DNA of 64,000 nt from Candidatus Bathyarchaeota archaeon (GCA_043826455.1 JBDRQD010000015.1:96001-160000); one strand, 5' to 3'. Positions 37,459-47,773 are shown, counted from the stretch's first letter. Program-made: numbers and translations. Notes: generated by a model from the letters alone, not told the origin.

Positions 37459-40227
37459 ATGGAAACCCGAGGTGAAGCCATGCCCGAACCCAAGACTCTT
37501 GTGACCTCCGCCCTCATCTACGCCAACGGCCCCGTACACATAGGCCACATGTTGGAGAATATTCAGACGGATATCTATGTACGGTCGCAGAGGATTCGCG
37601 GCCGAGACATCATTTACTGTGGGGCTGAAGACACTCATGGTGCCCCCATAGAGATCAACGCCGCCAAGCAGGGTGTGACGCCCGAGGATTTCATCGACCA
37701 CTGGAAGCGGGAGCACAAGCGTGACTACGACGACTACCTGATCAGCTTCGACAGCTACTACTCAACTAACAGCCCGGAGAACCAGCACTACACGGAGCTC
37801 ATATTCAGGCGGCTCCAGGAGAGGGGGCACATCTACACCAAGGAGATGGAGCTCACCTTCTGTGAGCACTGCGAGAGGTACCTGCCGGATCGCTACGTGA
37901 AGGGCGCGTGCCCCAAGTGCGGCGCCCAGGACCAGTACGGGGACGTCTGCGAGAAGTGTAACAGCACTTACAGCACCACGGACCTGGTGAACCCCTACTG
38001 CAGCATCTGCGGGAACCCGCCTGTGCGCCGGAACAGCCTCCACTACTTCTTCAAGCTCAGCGAGTTCAGCGGCTGGCTGGAGAACTGGCTCAACACCAAC
38101 CAGAGCCTCCAGCCTGAGATCAGGAACCAGATACTGACCTGGGTCAGGGAGGGTCTCCAGGACTGGTGCATCAGCAGGGACGGCCCCTACTTCGGCTTCA
38201 GGATACCCGGGGAGGATAACAAGTACTTCTACGTGTGGCTGGACGCACCCATAGGCTACATAGCCAGCACCGCCAACTACTGCAGGGATAAGGGCTGCAC
38301 GGCTGACGACTACTGGCAGTCGGGGGACAGCAGGATCATTCACTTCATAGGCAAGGACATCATATACTTCCACCTCCTATTCTGGCCCGCCGTCCTCCAC
38401 GGCGCCGGGCTCCACGTGCCCGACAACGTGGTGGTCCACGGGTTCCTGACGGTGAACGGGGAGAAGATGAGCAAGAGCCGGGGCACCTTCCTCACAGCTG
38501 AGGAGTTCAAGGACTATGTGGACCCGGAGCTCACCCGATACTACTACGCCGCGAACCTCACCCACACCATGACCGACATCGACCTGGACCTGGTGAACCT
38601 GGAGAACAGGATCAACAACGAACTGGTATCCAACCTGGCCAACCTCTTCTACAGGGTCCTCAGCTTCCTCAACAAGTACTACGACAGCGAGACCACCACC
38701 ACGCTGGACGGTGGTCTCCTGGACGAGGTGAGGGCCAAGTGCGAGTCGGTGGGCCGCCATTACGACAACTACGACTTCAGGGACGCGGTCCGGGAGATGC
38801 TTGAGATCAGCAGCATGGGCAACAAGTATTTCCAGGACAACGCGCCGTGGGAGATGGTTAAATCCGATAAGGGTCGCGGCCAGAGGGTGCTCACGGACTG
38901 CGTCAACATCGTCAAGAACCTAACCCTTCTGATAAAACCCATCATGCCCCTGTTCGTGGAGAAGATGGAGAAGCAGCTCAACGTGCAGGCCATGGACTGG
39001 AGCCACATCGGAGAAGTGTTGGAGAATCACAGAATTGGGAAAGCCAGGATAGTCCTCAAGAAGATAGAGCCCATAGTGCTGAAGGCCAGGGACGAGGCCC
39101 CAGCAGAGCGTGAAGTCGAGTTCAGCATCGACGACAAGCTCGCCAAGATAGGCGTGGACGTGAAGCTGGCCATAATCCAAGGCGTAGGCATCAGGAAGAG
39201 CGAAGGCGAGCTGGAGAAGCTGAAGAAGCAGGCCGAGGAGAAGATCAGAGCCCTCCGAGTAGACGGTGATCCCATCATAGAGGGCTACAGGGAGGTGTAC
39301 CGGAGGTTCAAGGCCGACGAGGAGCCCCCCATGGCTCACCTGATAAAGCTCGTCAAGGAGAGGGGGATGCTCCCCAACATCAACACCGTCGTGGACGCCT
39401 ACAACATCATCTCAGCCACACGTCGCGTCAGCGTCGGGGTCCACGACCTGGACAAGGTGGTGGGCGGCGTCCGCCTCAAGGTGACCCAGGGCGATGAGGC
39501 CTATGTGCCCCTGGGCGAGACGGAGCCCGTGAAGGTACGGCCCGGGGCATTCGCCATGGTGGACCAGGAGCACGTCCTCTGCTACCTGGACGCCAAGCAG
39601 GGCCAGCACACCAAGATAGGGTACGACACCAGGAACCTGCTGGTCTACGTGCAGGGCAACGCCGAGACCAGCGGCACGTACCTGGATGCGGCCCTCCGCG
39701 AGATATGCGACCTCATCGTAAGGTTCAACGGCGGCAGCTACAGGCTGCTGAACCCCACGGACCTGTCGGCCCTCAACCTGAAAGTGGCCAAGGTTACGGA
39801 GGTCCTGGACCACCCGGGCGCCGACAAACTGTACATCATCAAGGTCGACCTGGGCTCGGAGAAGAGGCAGCTATGCGCCGGCCTCAAACCCTACTACCCG
39901 GACAGGAATGATCTTCTGGGGAAGCATCTTGTGGTCCTCACCAACCTTCAGCCCGCCAAGCTCAGGGGCGAGCTGAGCGAGGGCATGCTTCTGGCCGGGG
40001 ACGACGGCAAGGACGTGGGCGTACTGAGCCCCCAGAAATCCAAGCCAGGCGACCAGGTGTACGTCGGCGACATAAGGGATTACAAGGAAGACCTGATCAG
40101 CTTCGACCATTTCATGAAGTACAGGCTGGAGGCCGTGGACGGCAGAGCCTACATGGAGGGCCTGCCCCTGCACACGGACTCCGAGGAGATAAGGCTGGAG
40201 AAGGTGGCGAACGGCAGGATAAGGTAG
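37459..40227 (+). CDS. metG: methionine--tRNA ligase with inserted B3/4 domain and C-terminal tRNA-binding OB domain
   Basis: YANGPVHIGH, zinc-knuckle CxxC pairs, YVWLDAPIGY, FIGKDI, KMSKSRG, and C-terminal HPGADKLY...NLQPAKLRG..SEGMLLA. Confidence 0.96.
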   Translation: METRGEAMPEPKTLVTSALIYANGPVHIGHMLENIQTDIYVRSQRIRGRDIIYCGAEDTHGAPIEINAAKQGVTPEDFIDHWKREHKRDYDDYLISFDSYYSTNSPENQHYTELIFRRLQERGHIYTKEMELTFCEHCERYLPDRYVKGACPKCGAQDQYGDVCEKCNSTYSTTDLVNPYCSICGNPPVRRNSLHYFFKLSEFSGWLENWLNTNQSLQPEIRNQILTWVREGLQDWCISRDGPYFGFRIPGEDNKYFYVWLDAPIGYIASTANYCRDKGCTADDYWQSGDSRIIHFIGKDIIYFHLLFWPAVLHGAGLHVPDNVVVHGFLTVNGEKMSKSRGTFLTAEEFKDYVDPELTRYYYAANLTHTMTDIDLDLVNLENRINNELVSNLANLFYRVLSFLNKYYDSETTTTLDGGLLDEVRAKCESVGRHYDNYDFRDAVREMLEISSMGNKYFQDNAPWEMVKSDKGRGQRVLTDCVNIVKNLTLLIKPIMPLFVEKMEKQLNVQAMDWSHIGEVLENHRIGKARIVLKKIEPIVLKARDEAPAEREVEFSIDDKLAKIGVDVKLAIIQGVGIRKSEGELEKLKKQAEEKIRALRVDGDPIIEGYREVYRRFKADEEPPMAHLIKLVKERGMLPNINTVVDAYNIISATRRVSVGVHDLDKVVGGVRLKVTQGDEAYVPLGETEPVKVRPGAFAMVDQEHVLCYLDAKQGQHTKIGYDTRNLLVYVQGNAETSGTYLDAALREICDLIVRFNGGSYRLLNPTDLSALNLKVAKVTEVLDHPGADKLYIIKVDLGSEKRQLCAGLKPYYPDRNDLLGKHLVVLTNLQPAKLRGELSEGMLLAGDDGKDVGVLSPQKSKPGDQVYVGDIRDYKEDLISFDHFMKYRLEAVDGRAYMEGLPLHTDSEEIRLEKVANGRIR

Positions 40228-40229
40228 GC

Positions 40230-41549
40230 TCAGAGGGCCTTCTTCTCCGCCTCGCCTATGGACTTGTCCAGCAGGGCCACGATCTCGTCTATCTGCTTCT
40301 TGTCCACGATGAGGGGCGGGGCCACCTGGATGTGGTCGCCCCTGACGCCGTCTACGGTGCCCGAGCCTGGGTAGACTAGGAGCCCGTTCTCGAAGCACCT
40401 GTCCACGACTCTGCCGTTGTACCTGTGCTTGGGGTCGAAGGGCTCCTTGGTATCCTTGTCCTTGACGAACTCGATGCCGGCGAAGACGCCCATGCCCCGG
40501 ATGTTGCCCACGGAGGGGTGGTCGTAGAGGTCGGCAAGCTTCCTGTGGAGGTACTTGCCGTTCTCGGCTGAACGCTCCACAAGCCTGTGCTTCACCGTGT
40601 ATTCCAGTACAGCGGCCCCGGCCGCGCAGACCACCGGGTGGCTGCCGTAGGTGTGGCCGTGGGCGAAGGGCTCACCGAAGGCCTCGTAGACCCTGTCGCT
40701 GGCTATGGTGGCGCCCAGGGGCAGGTAGCCGCCGGCCAGGCCCTTGGCCGTGGCGATTATGTCCGGTTTGACGCCCCAGTGGTCCAGGCCCCATTTTTTG
40801 CCGGTGCGGCCCAGGCCTGTCATCACCTCGTCGGCGATGAATAGGACGCCGTGTCTGTCGCAGGTCTCCCGGATGAGCTGGAAGTAGCCCTCCGGGGCGG
40901 GGACGGTGCCCAGGGTGGCGCCCACCACGGGTTCCGCGATGAAGGCTGAGACGTGCTCGGGGCCCTGGGCCCTGATCTCGGTGTCCAGGGCCCTGGCGCA
41001 GTCCAGGTCGCATGTGTCCCTGGTCTTCCCGTAGGGGCACCTGTAGCAGTAGGCCGGGGGTATGTGGGGGAAGTCTATGAGCATGGGGACGTAGCGGCGG
41101 CGGCGAGCGATGTTGCCGCTCATGCTGAGGCTGCCCAGGGTGTTGCCGTGGTAGCTCTGCCACCTGGCCACCACCTTGTAGCGCTTGGGCTCGTTGGTGA
41201 GCAGATAGTACTGGCGCGCCATCTTGGCCGCCGCCTCCGTGGCCTCGGAGCCCCCGCTGCAGAAGTAGACGTGGCCCAGGCCCTCTGGGGCGAAGGCCGC
41301 AAGCCTGTCGGCGCACTCCTTCACGGACCTGGTGATGAAGTGGCTGCTGTGGACGTAGCTCACCTCGTCCATCTGGCGCTTGACGGCGTCCGTCACCTCC
41401 TTGACGCCGTGGCCTATGTTTACGCATATGGGGCCGCTGCTGCCGTCGATGTACCTGCGGCCGTCCCGGTCCCAGAGGTATATGCCCTCGCCTTTCACCA
41501 TCTCGTAGAGGTGGTCGGCTCCCCTGGAGAATACGTGTTGACTTGACAT
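40230..41549 (-). CDS. class III PLP-dependent aminotransferase
   Basis: GGSEATE, SYHGNT, IADEVMTGLGRTG, AKGLAGGY, HGHTY. Confidence 0.93.
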   Translation of the reverse strand: MSSQHVFSRGADHLYEMVKGEGIYLWDRDGRRYIDGSSGPICVNIGHGVKEVTDAVKRQMDEVSYVHSSHFITRSVKECADRLAAFAPEGLGHVYFCSGGSEATEAAAKMARQYYLLTNEPKRYKVVARWQSYHGNTLGSLSMSGNIARRRRYVPMLIDFPHIPPAYCYRCPYGKTRDTCDLDCARALDTEIRAQGPEHVSAFIAEPVVGATLGTVPAPEGYFQLIRETCDRHGVLFIADEVMTGLGRTGKKWGLDHWGVKPDIIATAKGLAGGYLPLGATIASDRVYEAFGEPFAHGHTYGSHPVVCAAGAAVLEYTVKHRLVERSAENGKYLHRKLADLYDHPSVGNIRGMGVFAGIEFVKDKDTKEPFDPKHRYNGRVVDRCFENGLLVYPGSGTVDGVRGDHIQVAPPLIVDKKQIDEIVALLDKSIGEAEKKAL

Positions 41550-41622
41550 GGAGTAGACTCGGGGTGGGGGGACTTAACGGTAGCGACTGCGGAAAAATGA
41601 AAAGCGTGGTCGCCTCTACTTC

Positions 41623-42582
41623 ATGGGATACTTTATGATTGAAGGAGTCAAGCGCGTAGCCCTCGTGGGCTCAGGCCTCATAGGCCAGGGCTGGGCGGCC
41701 CTCTTCGCCCTCAACGGTTACAGCGTCGTGATGCAGGACCTGTCAGAGGAGAGGCTGGGGGAAGCCAAAGCTAGGGCTGTCCACCACATCGGCACTCTGG
41801 TTGACGCGGGTCTGGGTAAGAACGCTAGGGCGGCGGCTAAGCGGCTGGAGACCACCACGAGCCTGGGGGAGGCGCTGGAGGGCGCCGACTACGTACAGGA
41901 GTCAGTCTTTGAGAGTCTGAGCGTCAAGTGTCCGCTGTACGCCGAGATGGATAGGCTCGCTCCCAGGGACGTTGTGCTCGCTAGCAGTACAAGCGGTCTG
42001 CTCATGACGGACATAGCTCGCGACATGAGGATGCATCCGGAAAGGGCCATCGTGGCTCACCCCTGGAACCCGGTGCACCTTGTGCCCCTCGTGGAACTCA
42101 GTCCTGGGAAGAAGACCGGCGCTAAAACCATCGAGACGACTTACAAGGTCATGGAGGACATCGGCCGCGTCCCCGTTGTGCTCAAGAAGGAGGCCCCCGG
42201 ATTCATAGCCAACAGGCTGAGCGCCGTCCTGTGGAGGGAGGCCCTGAACCTGGTGGACCAGGGGGTGGCCACGGTTGAGGACGTGGACAAGGCGCTCAGG
42301 GCAGGCCCCGGCATCAGGTGGGCGATAATGGGCCCCTACATGACGTACCACCTGGGGGGCGGTAAGGGAGGCATCGAGTACCTGATGAGGCACATCGGCG
42401 TCAGCAAGTCCAAGTGGATGGAGACCATGGCCACGTGGACGGAGACCCCTGAGTCGGTTGTCCAGAAGGCCATCGACGGGGTGGACGAGATGGTGGGCGG
42501 CAAGAGCTTGGAGGAGCTGGAGGCTTGGAGAGATAGGTATCTCCTGGAGCTGAACAAGCTCCTCTGGAGCCCCAAGAAGTAG
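41623..42582 (+). CDS. 3-hydroxyacyl-CoA dehydrogenase family (carnitine/gulonate dehydrogenase-like)
   Basis: GSGLIG.GW, QESVFE...K, ASSTSG, HPWNP..L.PLVE, GFIANRL, GPG.RWA.MGP. Confidence 0.9.
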   Translation: MGYFMIEGVKRVALVGSGLIGQGWAALFALNGYSVVMQDLSEERLGEAKARAVHHIGTLVDAGLGKNARAAAKRLETTTSLGEALEGADYVQESVFESLSVKCPLYAEMDRLAPRDVVLASSTSGLLMTDIARDMRMHPERAIVAHPWNPVHLVPLVELSPGKKTGAKTIETTYKVMEDIGRVPVVLKKEAPGFIANRLSAVLWREALNLVDQGVATVEDVDKALRAGPGIRWAIMGPYMTYHLGGGKGGIEYLMRHIGVSKSKWMETMATWTETPESVVQKAIDGVDEMVGGKSLEELEAWRDRYLLELNKLLWSPKK

Positions 42583-42628
42583 CCCCCTCTCCAGTTTTTG
42601 AATATACACTCTTATCTTCTGAGCACAG

Positions 42629-43243
42629 TTGAGCAACGTGAGCTACATGGTTAAGGCCAAGTTTTCGGGTGGTCCCCCGTTCTTCGACGTTGTGGAGCAG
42701 AGGGTCAGCGTCAGGAAGTACAAGCCGGACCCGGTGCCCCAGGAGCACCTGGACATGATCCTGGACGCGGCGAGGCTGGCCCCCAACTCGGGCAATCAGC
42801 AGGCCTGCAGGTACCTGGTGGTCAGGGACCGGGGGAAGCTGGAGGCCCTCAAGGAGGACAGCATCAGGCACAGGATGCGGTGGCTCGAGGAGGAGGGCTA
42901 TGATGTGCCCGAGGAGAGCGAGCTCAGGGAGCGATACGATGACGTGTTCAGCGCCCCTGTCTACGTCTTGGTGCTGGTGGACAAGACCGTGAGGTACGAG
43001 GGCTACACGGACATGGATGGCAGCCTGGCCGCGGGCCACATAATGCTGGCCGCCCGGGCCCTTGGCTACGGTACAGTGTTCTACTCGGGCTCCGTCACTG
43101 AGGAGCTGTGCAGGAAGCACTTCGGGATACCCGAGAAGTATAAGCGGGTCTGCATGATACCCATTGGGGTGCCCGTGGAGTGGCCGGAGAGTAGGAAGAG
43201 GCTGTCTCTGAAGAAGTTGGTCTTCTACGAGAAGATCACGTGA
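42629..43243 (+). CDS. nitroreductase family protein
   Basis: R.SVRKY, ARLAPNSGNQQ, MLAARALGYGT. Confidence 0.88.
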   Translation: MSNVSYMVKAKFSGGPPFFDVVEQRVSVRKYKPDPVPQEHLDMILDAARLAPNSGNQQACRYLVVRDRGKLEALKEDSIRHRMRWLEEEGYDVPEESELRERYDDVFSAPVYVLVLVDKTVRYEGYTDMDGSLAAGHIMLAARALGYGTVFYSGSVTEELCRKHFGIPEKYKRVCMIPIGVPVEWPESRKRLSLKKLVFYEKIT

Positions 43244-43308
43244 CGGACGAGAAGCCTCTAGCTTTTTTCAGCGAAAAGCATTTTGAGTCTTAAGAGCCAG
43301 TAGGAACC

Positions 43309-44325
43309 ATGAAGTTCATCGAGGAGGGCCGGGGGGAGCTCCTGGGCTGGATGCACCCCGACGACGCCCGTGCATGGATGGCCGAGCATAAGAGCCGGGG
43401 CCTGGATGATAAGCGGACCACCATTACCGACGCCGTCCACAGGTTCACCAGGGACGGCGACTACTTCGCCATGGGGGGCTTCGGCCACATCAGGTTCAGC
43501 ATGGTTGCCATCCACGAGATGATACGCAGAGGCCGCACAGGGATGGCCATAGCCGGCAAAACGGCTGTCCACGACGTGGATATCCTGATTGCCGGGGGCG
43601 TCGTGGACAGGGTGGACTGTGCTTACGCTTTCGGTCACGAGTTGAGGGGTCTGTCCCCGACGGGCCGCAGAGCCGTGGAGTCGGGCAGGGTCAAGGTGGT
43701 GGGGGAGCTTAGCAACGCCGGGTTCCAGTGGAGGTTCAAGGCCGCCGCCATGGGGCTCCCCTGGCTCCCAGCCCGGGTCATGCTGGGCACCGACACCCTC
43801 AGATATAGTTCCTCGAAGGTGGTGGAGGACCCGTGGACGGGGCTGCCGCTGACCCTGCTGCCGGCCTGCTACCCTGACGTGGTCTTCATCCACGTCCACA
43901 GGTGCGACAGGTACGGCAACTGCCAGATCGACGGCACCACCATCGAGGACTCAGACCTGGCCCGGGCGGCCAAGAGGCTCATAGTCACCACCGAGAGGAT
44001 CGTGCCCGAGGACGAGATCAGGGCCCACCCCGACAGGACAGCCATACCCCACTTCCTGGTGGACGCCGTGGTGGAGGCCCCTTACGGCAGCCACCCGGGC
44101 AACATGCCGGGCCTCTACTACAGTGACGAGGATCATATGGCTGAGTGGCTGTATATGACCCGTAGCGACGAAGGGGTCCAGAAGTACTTGGACAAGTACG
44201 TTTACGGGGTCACCGAGTTCAGCGATTACATAGAGCTGGTGGGCGGCGAGGAGAAGATGAGGTACCTTGAGAAGCTGGAGCGCCTTGAGGTGCTCTTCGA
44301 GGCGCCCTGGGCCAGGAGGGGATAG
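43309..44325 (+). CDS. family I CoA-transferase subunit A (glutaconate CoA-transferase-like)
   Basis: DGD...GGF, AAAMGLP, GTD, PDV..IH...D.YGN, AP.G.HP. Confidence 0.88.
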   Translation: MKFIEEGRGELLGWMHPDDARAWMAEHKSRGLDDKRTTITDAVHRFTRDGDYFAMGGFGHIRFSMVAIHEMIRRGRTGMAIAGKTAVHDVDILIAGGVVDRVDCAYAFGHELRGLSPTGRRAVESGRVKVVGELSNAGFQWRFKAAAMGLPWLPARVMLGTDTLRYSSSKVVEDPWTGLPLTLLPACYPDVVFIHVHRCDRYGNCQIDGTTIEDSDLARAAKRLIVTTERIVPEDEIRAHPDRTAIPHFLVDAVVEAPYGSHPGNMPGLYYSDEDHMAEWLYMTRSDEGVQKYLDKYVYGVTEFSDYIELVGGEEKMRYLEKLERLEVLFEAPWARRG

Positions 44326-44326
44326 C

Positions 44327-45091
44327 TTGGAGTACAACGCCACTGAGCTCATGGCCTGCGTCGCCAGCAGAGTCCTCGAAGACAAGAAATCCGTGTTCGT
44401 GGGCACAGGGCTGCCCCTAGTTGCCAGCATGCTCGCCCAGAGGCTGCACGCCCCGGAGCTGCTGCTGGTCTTCGAGGCTGGGGGCATAGGCCCCAAGCTG
44501 CCCATGATCCCCATCAGCGTTGGGGACAGCCGCACCTTCCACAAGGCCGTTATGGCTGCCAGCATGGACTACGTCATGGGGATGGCTCAGGCTGGGCTGG
44601 TGGACTACGGGTTCCTGGGGGCCGCCCAGATCGACATGTACGGGAACCTGAACACCACGATCATAGGGGCCTACGACAAGCCCAAGGTCAGGTTGCCGGG
44701 GAGCGGCGGCGCCAACGATGTGGGCAGCCTCTGCGGCCGTACCATCATACTGATGAGGCATGACAAGATCAGGTTCGTGAACAAGCTGGACTTCCTCACC
44801 ACGCCGGGGTACCTCACCGGCCCTGGGGCCAGGGAGAGGGCGGGTCTACCCAGGAACACGGGGCCCTACAGGGTGATCACGCAGCTGGCTGTGCTGGGCT
44901 TCGACGACGAGACCAAGGCGATGAAGCTGCTGTCGGTCCACCCCGGCATATCGGTGGAGGACGTGGTTGGCAACACCAGCTTCAGCCTCGTAGTCCCGGA
45001 GAAGGTGGGGGTCACCCAGGCGCCGTCGCCGGAGGAGCTGAAGCTCCTCAGAGAGGAGATCGACCCCGCTGGCGTAGTCATAGGGGGATAG
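44327..45091 (+). CDS. family I CoA-transferase subunit B
   Basis: GTGLP, catalytic-type FEAG, GAAQIDMYGNLNTT, GSGGAND. TTG start 1 nt after the subunit A stop. Confidence 0.88.
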   Translation: MEYNATELMACVASRVLEDKKSVFVGTGLPLVASMLAQRLHAPELLLVFEAGGIGPKLPMIPISVGDSRTFHKAVMAASMDYVMGMAQAGLVDYGFLGAAQIDMYGNLNTTIIGAYDKPKVRLPGSGGANDVGSLCGRTIILMRHDKIRFVNKLDFLTTPGYLTGPGARERAGLPRNTGPYRVITQLAVLGFDDETKAMKLLSVHPGISVEDVVGNTSFSLVVPEKVGVTQAPSPEELKLLREEIDPAGVVIGG

Positions 45092-46579
45092 TTGATGAAG
45101 AAACTGAGGTTGGGTGTCGCGGGGTTCAGCCACGAGACCATCACGTTCTGGCCGGGGCTGACGACCCTCGCGGACTTTGAGAGGGACGCCGCCTACGGGC
45201 AGGCTGTGCTGGATAATGCGCGGGGCACCAACACTTGCATCAGGGGCTTCATGGAGGTATGCGAGGCCGAGGGCGTGGAGCTGGTGCCAATCCTCAATGC
45301 CTCGGGTGGAGCCACGGAGACCGTGGCTGACGAGGTGTACGACCACTACGTGCCCCTGATGAGGAAGGGCTTCAGGGGCATGAGGGACGGAATCGACGGC
45401 GTCCTGCTGAGCCTCCACGGCGCCATGGCCACGGAGAGCAGGCAGGACCCTGAGACGGACGCCGTCCGGGAGATCAGGGAGGAGATAGGATACGAGATAC
45501 CGGTCATGGTGACCTTGGACCTCCACGCCAACAAGGACGAGGCCCTGCTAAAGGAGGCGACTGCTGTCTTCGGGTTCCAGAGCAGCCCCCACGTGGACAT
45601 GAGGAACACGGGCGTTAGGGCGGCCCGCGCCATGGTGAGGACGCTGCGCAGCGAGATCAAACCATCCATGGCTCTAAAAAAGCCAGGGATCGTTGTGCCA
45701 AGCGTCTTCAGCGCCACCACTGTCAGCCCAGCCAAGGACATCATCGACCGGGTGCGCGTCTGGGAGCGAGAGCCGGGCGTAGTGGACGTCACGGCCCTAT
45801 TCGGGTTCGCCTGGGCCGATGTCAGGCCCCTGGGCATGGGCCTGGTGGCCGTCACCGACGACGACCCTGAGCTGGCCCAGAGGATCGTGGACGACCTGGC
45901 GGAGCTGGCGCTAAGCAAGCGGAGGGAGCTCACCGGCAGGAAGGAGGCGTCCCTCTACAGCGTAGAGGCGGGGGTCAGGCTGGCCCTGAGGAAGGCGGAG
46001 GGGGCCCGGAAGCCTATGGTGATCCTGGACCACGCGGACAGGAGCAACGACACCACCTTCGTCCTCAGGGAGCTGCTGAAGCAGAAGGCGGAGAAGACGG
46101 CTGTGCCTATGATATACGACCCCGAGTCAGCCAAGAAATGCGTCGAGGCTGGGGTTGGGGCCGCCGTCGAGCTGGACGTGGGCGCCACCACAGGCTGGAG
46201 GGACGGAGGAAAGCTCCGGGTCAAGGGTAAGGTGCTGTGGGCGGGGGAGGGCAGGTACAAGGGCACCGGCCCCATGAGGGTGAACCAGGACATCAACCTG
46301 GGCCCAACCGGCATCATCCAGGTGGGCGGGGTCTGGCTGCAACTCATATCCCGGCAGAGCAGCCTCATCGACGACGACCCGATAAAGCAGTTCGGGTACA
46401 GGCCCCAGGACTTCCGGGTCATCGTCTCCAAGAGCAAGACCCACTTCAGGGCCGTCTACGAGGTGATAGGCGAGGAGATCATAATAGTGGATGCTCCGGG
46501 CCAGTGTCCCGCGGACCTGAGCGTCTTCCAGTACAGGAACGTGCCGCCGGGCGTCTACCCGGTCACCCTCCGCGACTAG
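45092..46579 (+). CDS. M81 family metallopeptidase (MlrC-like)
   Basis: HET.TF, LHGAM, LDLHAN, PHVD, D..D, KS..HFRA. Confidence 0.9.
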   Translation: MMKKLRLGVAGFSHETITFWPGLTTLADFERDAAYGQAVLDNARGTNTCIRGFMEVCEAEGVELVPILNASGGATETVADEVYDHYVPLMRKGFRGMRDGIDGVLLSLHGAMATESRQDPETDAVREIREEIGYEIPVMVTLDLHANKDEALLKEATAVFGFQSSPHVDMRNTGVRAARAMVRTLRSEIKPSMALKKPGIVVPSVFSATTVSPAKDIIDRVRVWEREPGVVDVTALFGFAWADVRPLGMGLVAVTDDDPELAQRIVDDLAELALSKRRELTGRKEASLYSVEAGVRLALRKAEGARKPMVILDHADRSNDTTFVLRELLKQKAEKTAVPMIYDPESAKKCVEAGVGAAVELDVGATTGWRDGGKLRVKGKVLWAGEGRYKGTGPMRVNQDINLGPTGIIQVGGVWLQLISRQSSLIDDDPIKQFGYRPQDFRVIVSKSKTHFRAVYEVIGEEIIIVDAPGQCPADLSVFQYRNVPPGVYPVTLRD

Positions 46580-46616
46580 CTCACATATTATATTCTCTGA
46601 GGCTTAGGTTGACTCG

Positions 46617-47465
46617 GTGGACGGATTGGATAAGCTTACGGTTCCCAGGCTCAGGAAGATGAAGGCGGGGGGCGAGAAGATCACCATGGTCACCGCCTAC
46701 GACTACCCGTCCGCGCTTCTGGCGGACAGGGCCGGCATCGACATGCTGCTGGTGGGGGACAGCCTTGGCATGGTGGTTCTCGGCTACCCCAACCCGGTGC
46801 AGGTGACTGTGGACGACATAGTCCACCATACCAGGCCCGTGGCCAGGGCCGTTAAACGCGCCCTGGTGGTGGCGGACATGCCCTTCATGAGCTACCATGT
46901 GAGCAGAGAGCAGACAGTATCCAACGCGGCCCGCCTCATCCAGGAGGGGGGAGCCGACGCCGTGAAGCTGGAGGGGGGCAAGCAGATGGCCCCCACGGTA
47001 AAGGAGATCGTGGACGTGGGGATACCCGTCCAGGCCCACATAGGGCTGATGCCTCAACGGGCCTCGGTGGGCGATACCTTCAAGGTGCAAGGTAAGACGG
47101 CGGAGACGGCGCAGGCCATCCTGGAGGACGCCCTGGCCCTGGAGGCGGCGGGGGCCTTCTCGGTGGTCCTGGAGTTCGTCACAGCGGAGGCGGCTCAGCT
47201 GATAACGGAGCTGCTGGAGATGCCCACCATCGGCATCGGGTCGGGGGCGGGCTGCGACGGCCAGGTGCTCATACTACATGACCTGCTGGGGGTCTACGAC
47301 CAGGCGCCGCCCTTCGTCAAGCCCTACGCGGACCTTAACAAGGTGATAACGGAGGCGCTGATCGGCTACAGGGACGATGTGAGGTCAGCTAGGTACCCGG
47401 GCGAGGAGTACACGGTGCACATGGAGTCCGGGGAGGCCCGGAAGCTGAAGAAGGTGAGAGGCTAA
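46617..47465 (+). CDS. panB: 3-methyl-2-oxobutanoate hydroxymethyltransferase
   Basis: TAYD, LVGDSLGM, ADMPF, VKLEGG, HIGLMPQ, IGIGSG..CDGQVL. Confidence 0.95.
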   Translation: MDGLDKLTVPRLRKMKAGGEKITMVTAYDYPSALLADRAGIDMLLVGDSLGMVVLGYPNPVQVTVDDIVHHTRPVARAVKRALVVADMPFMSYHVSREQTVSNAARLIQEGGADAVKLEGGKQMAPTVKEIVDVGIPVQAHIGLMPQRASVGDTFKVQGKTAETAQAILEDALALEAAGAFSVVLEFVTAEAAQLITELLEMPTIGIGSGAGCDGQVLILHDLLGVYDQAPPFVKPYADLNKVITEALIGYRDDVRSARYPGEEYTVHMESGEARKLKKVRG

Positions 47466-47773
47466 ACCTCAGGGTGCTGTGGCCGTACCTTTAACACCTA
47501 ATATCTAGGTAGCTTTTACAAGGGTCTTGTATTATCCTTATTTTCTGGTCTCCATGAGCTGAGGAAAAAGCTGAGCCCCCGAGAGGGGGGGGGGTAGAGC
47601 GAGATAAACCGGAAACGGCCGCCTCGCGCCAAAAGGAGGCAGGGAAACGCGCCTTATCGATCCCATTCTATGCAAAAACGCCGTCCATTCCACACAGAAA
47701 CACGGCTCATTCAGCACATCAAACACGCCACATCAGAGAACCGGAGTTGAAAAAATTTAGGAGGACGGTAACG

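Noticed and set aside
47559..47616. CTGAGGA...GAAA resembling a hammerhead ribozyme core
   Set aside because: No stem II forms between the two core strands, and no stem I/III arrangement was found.
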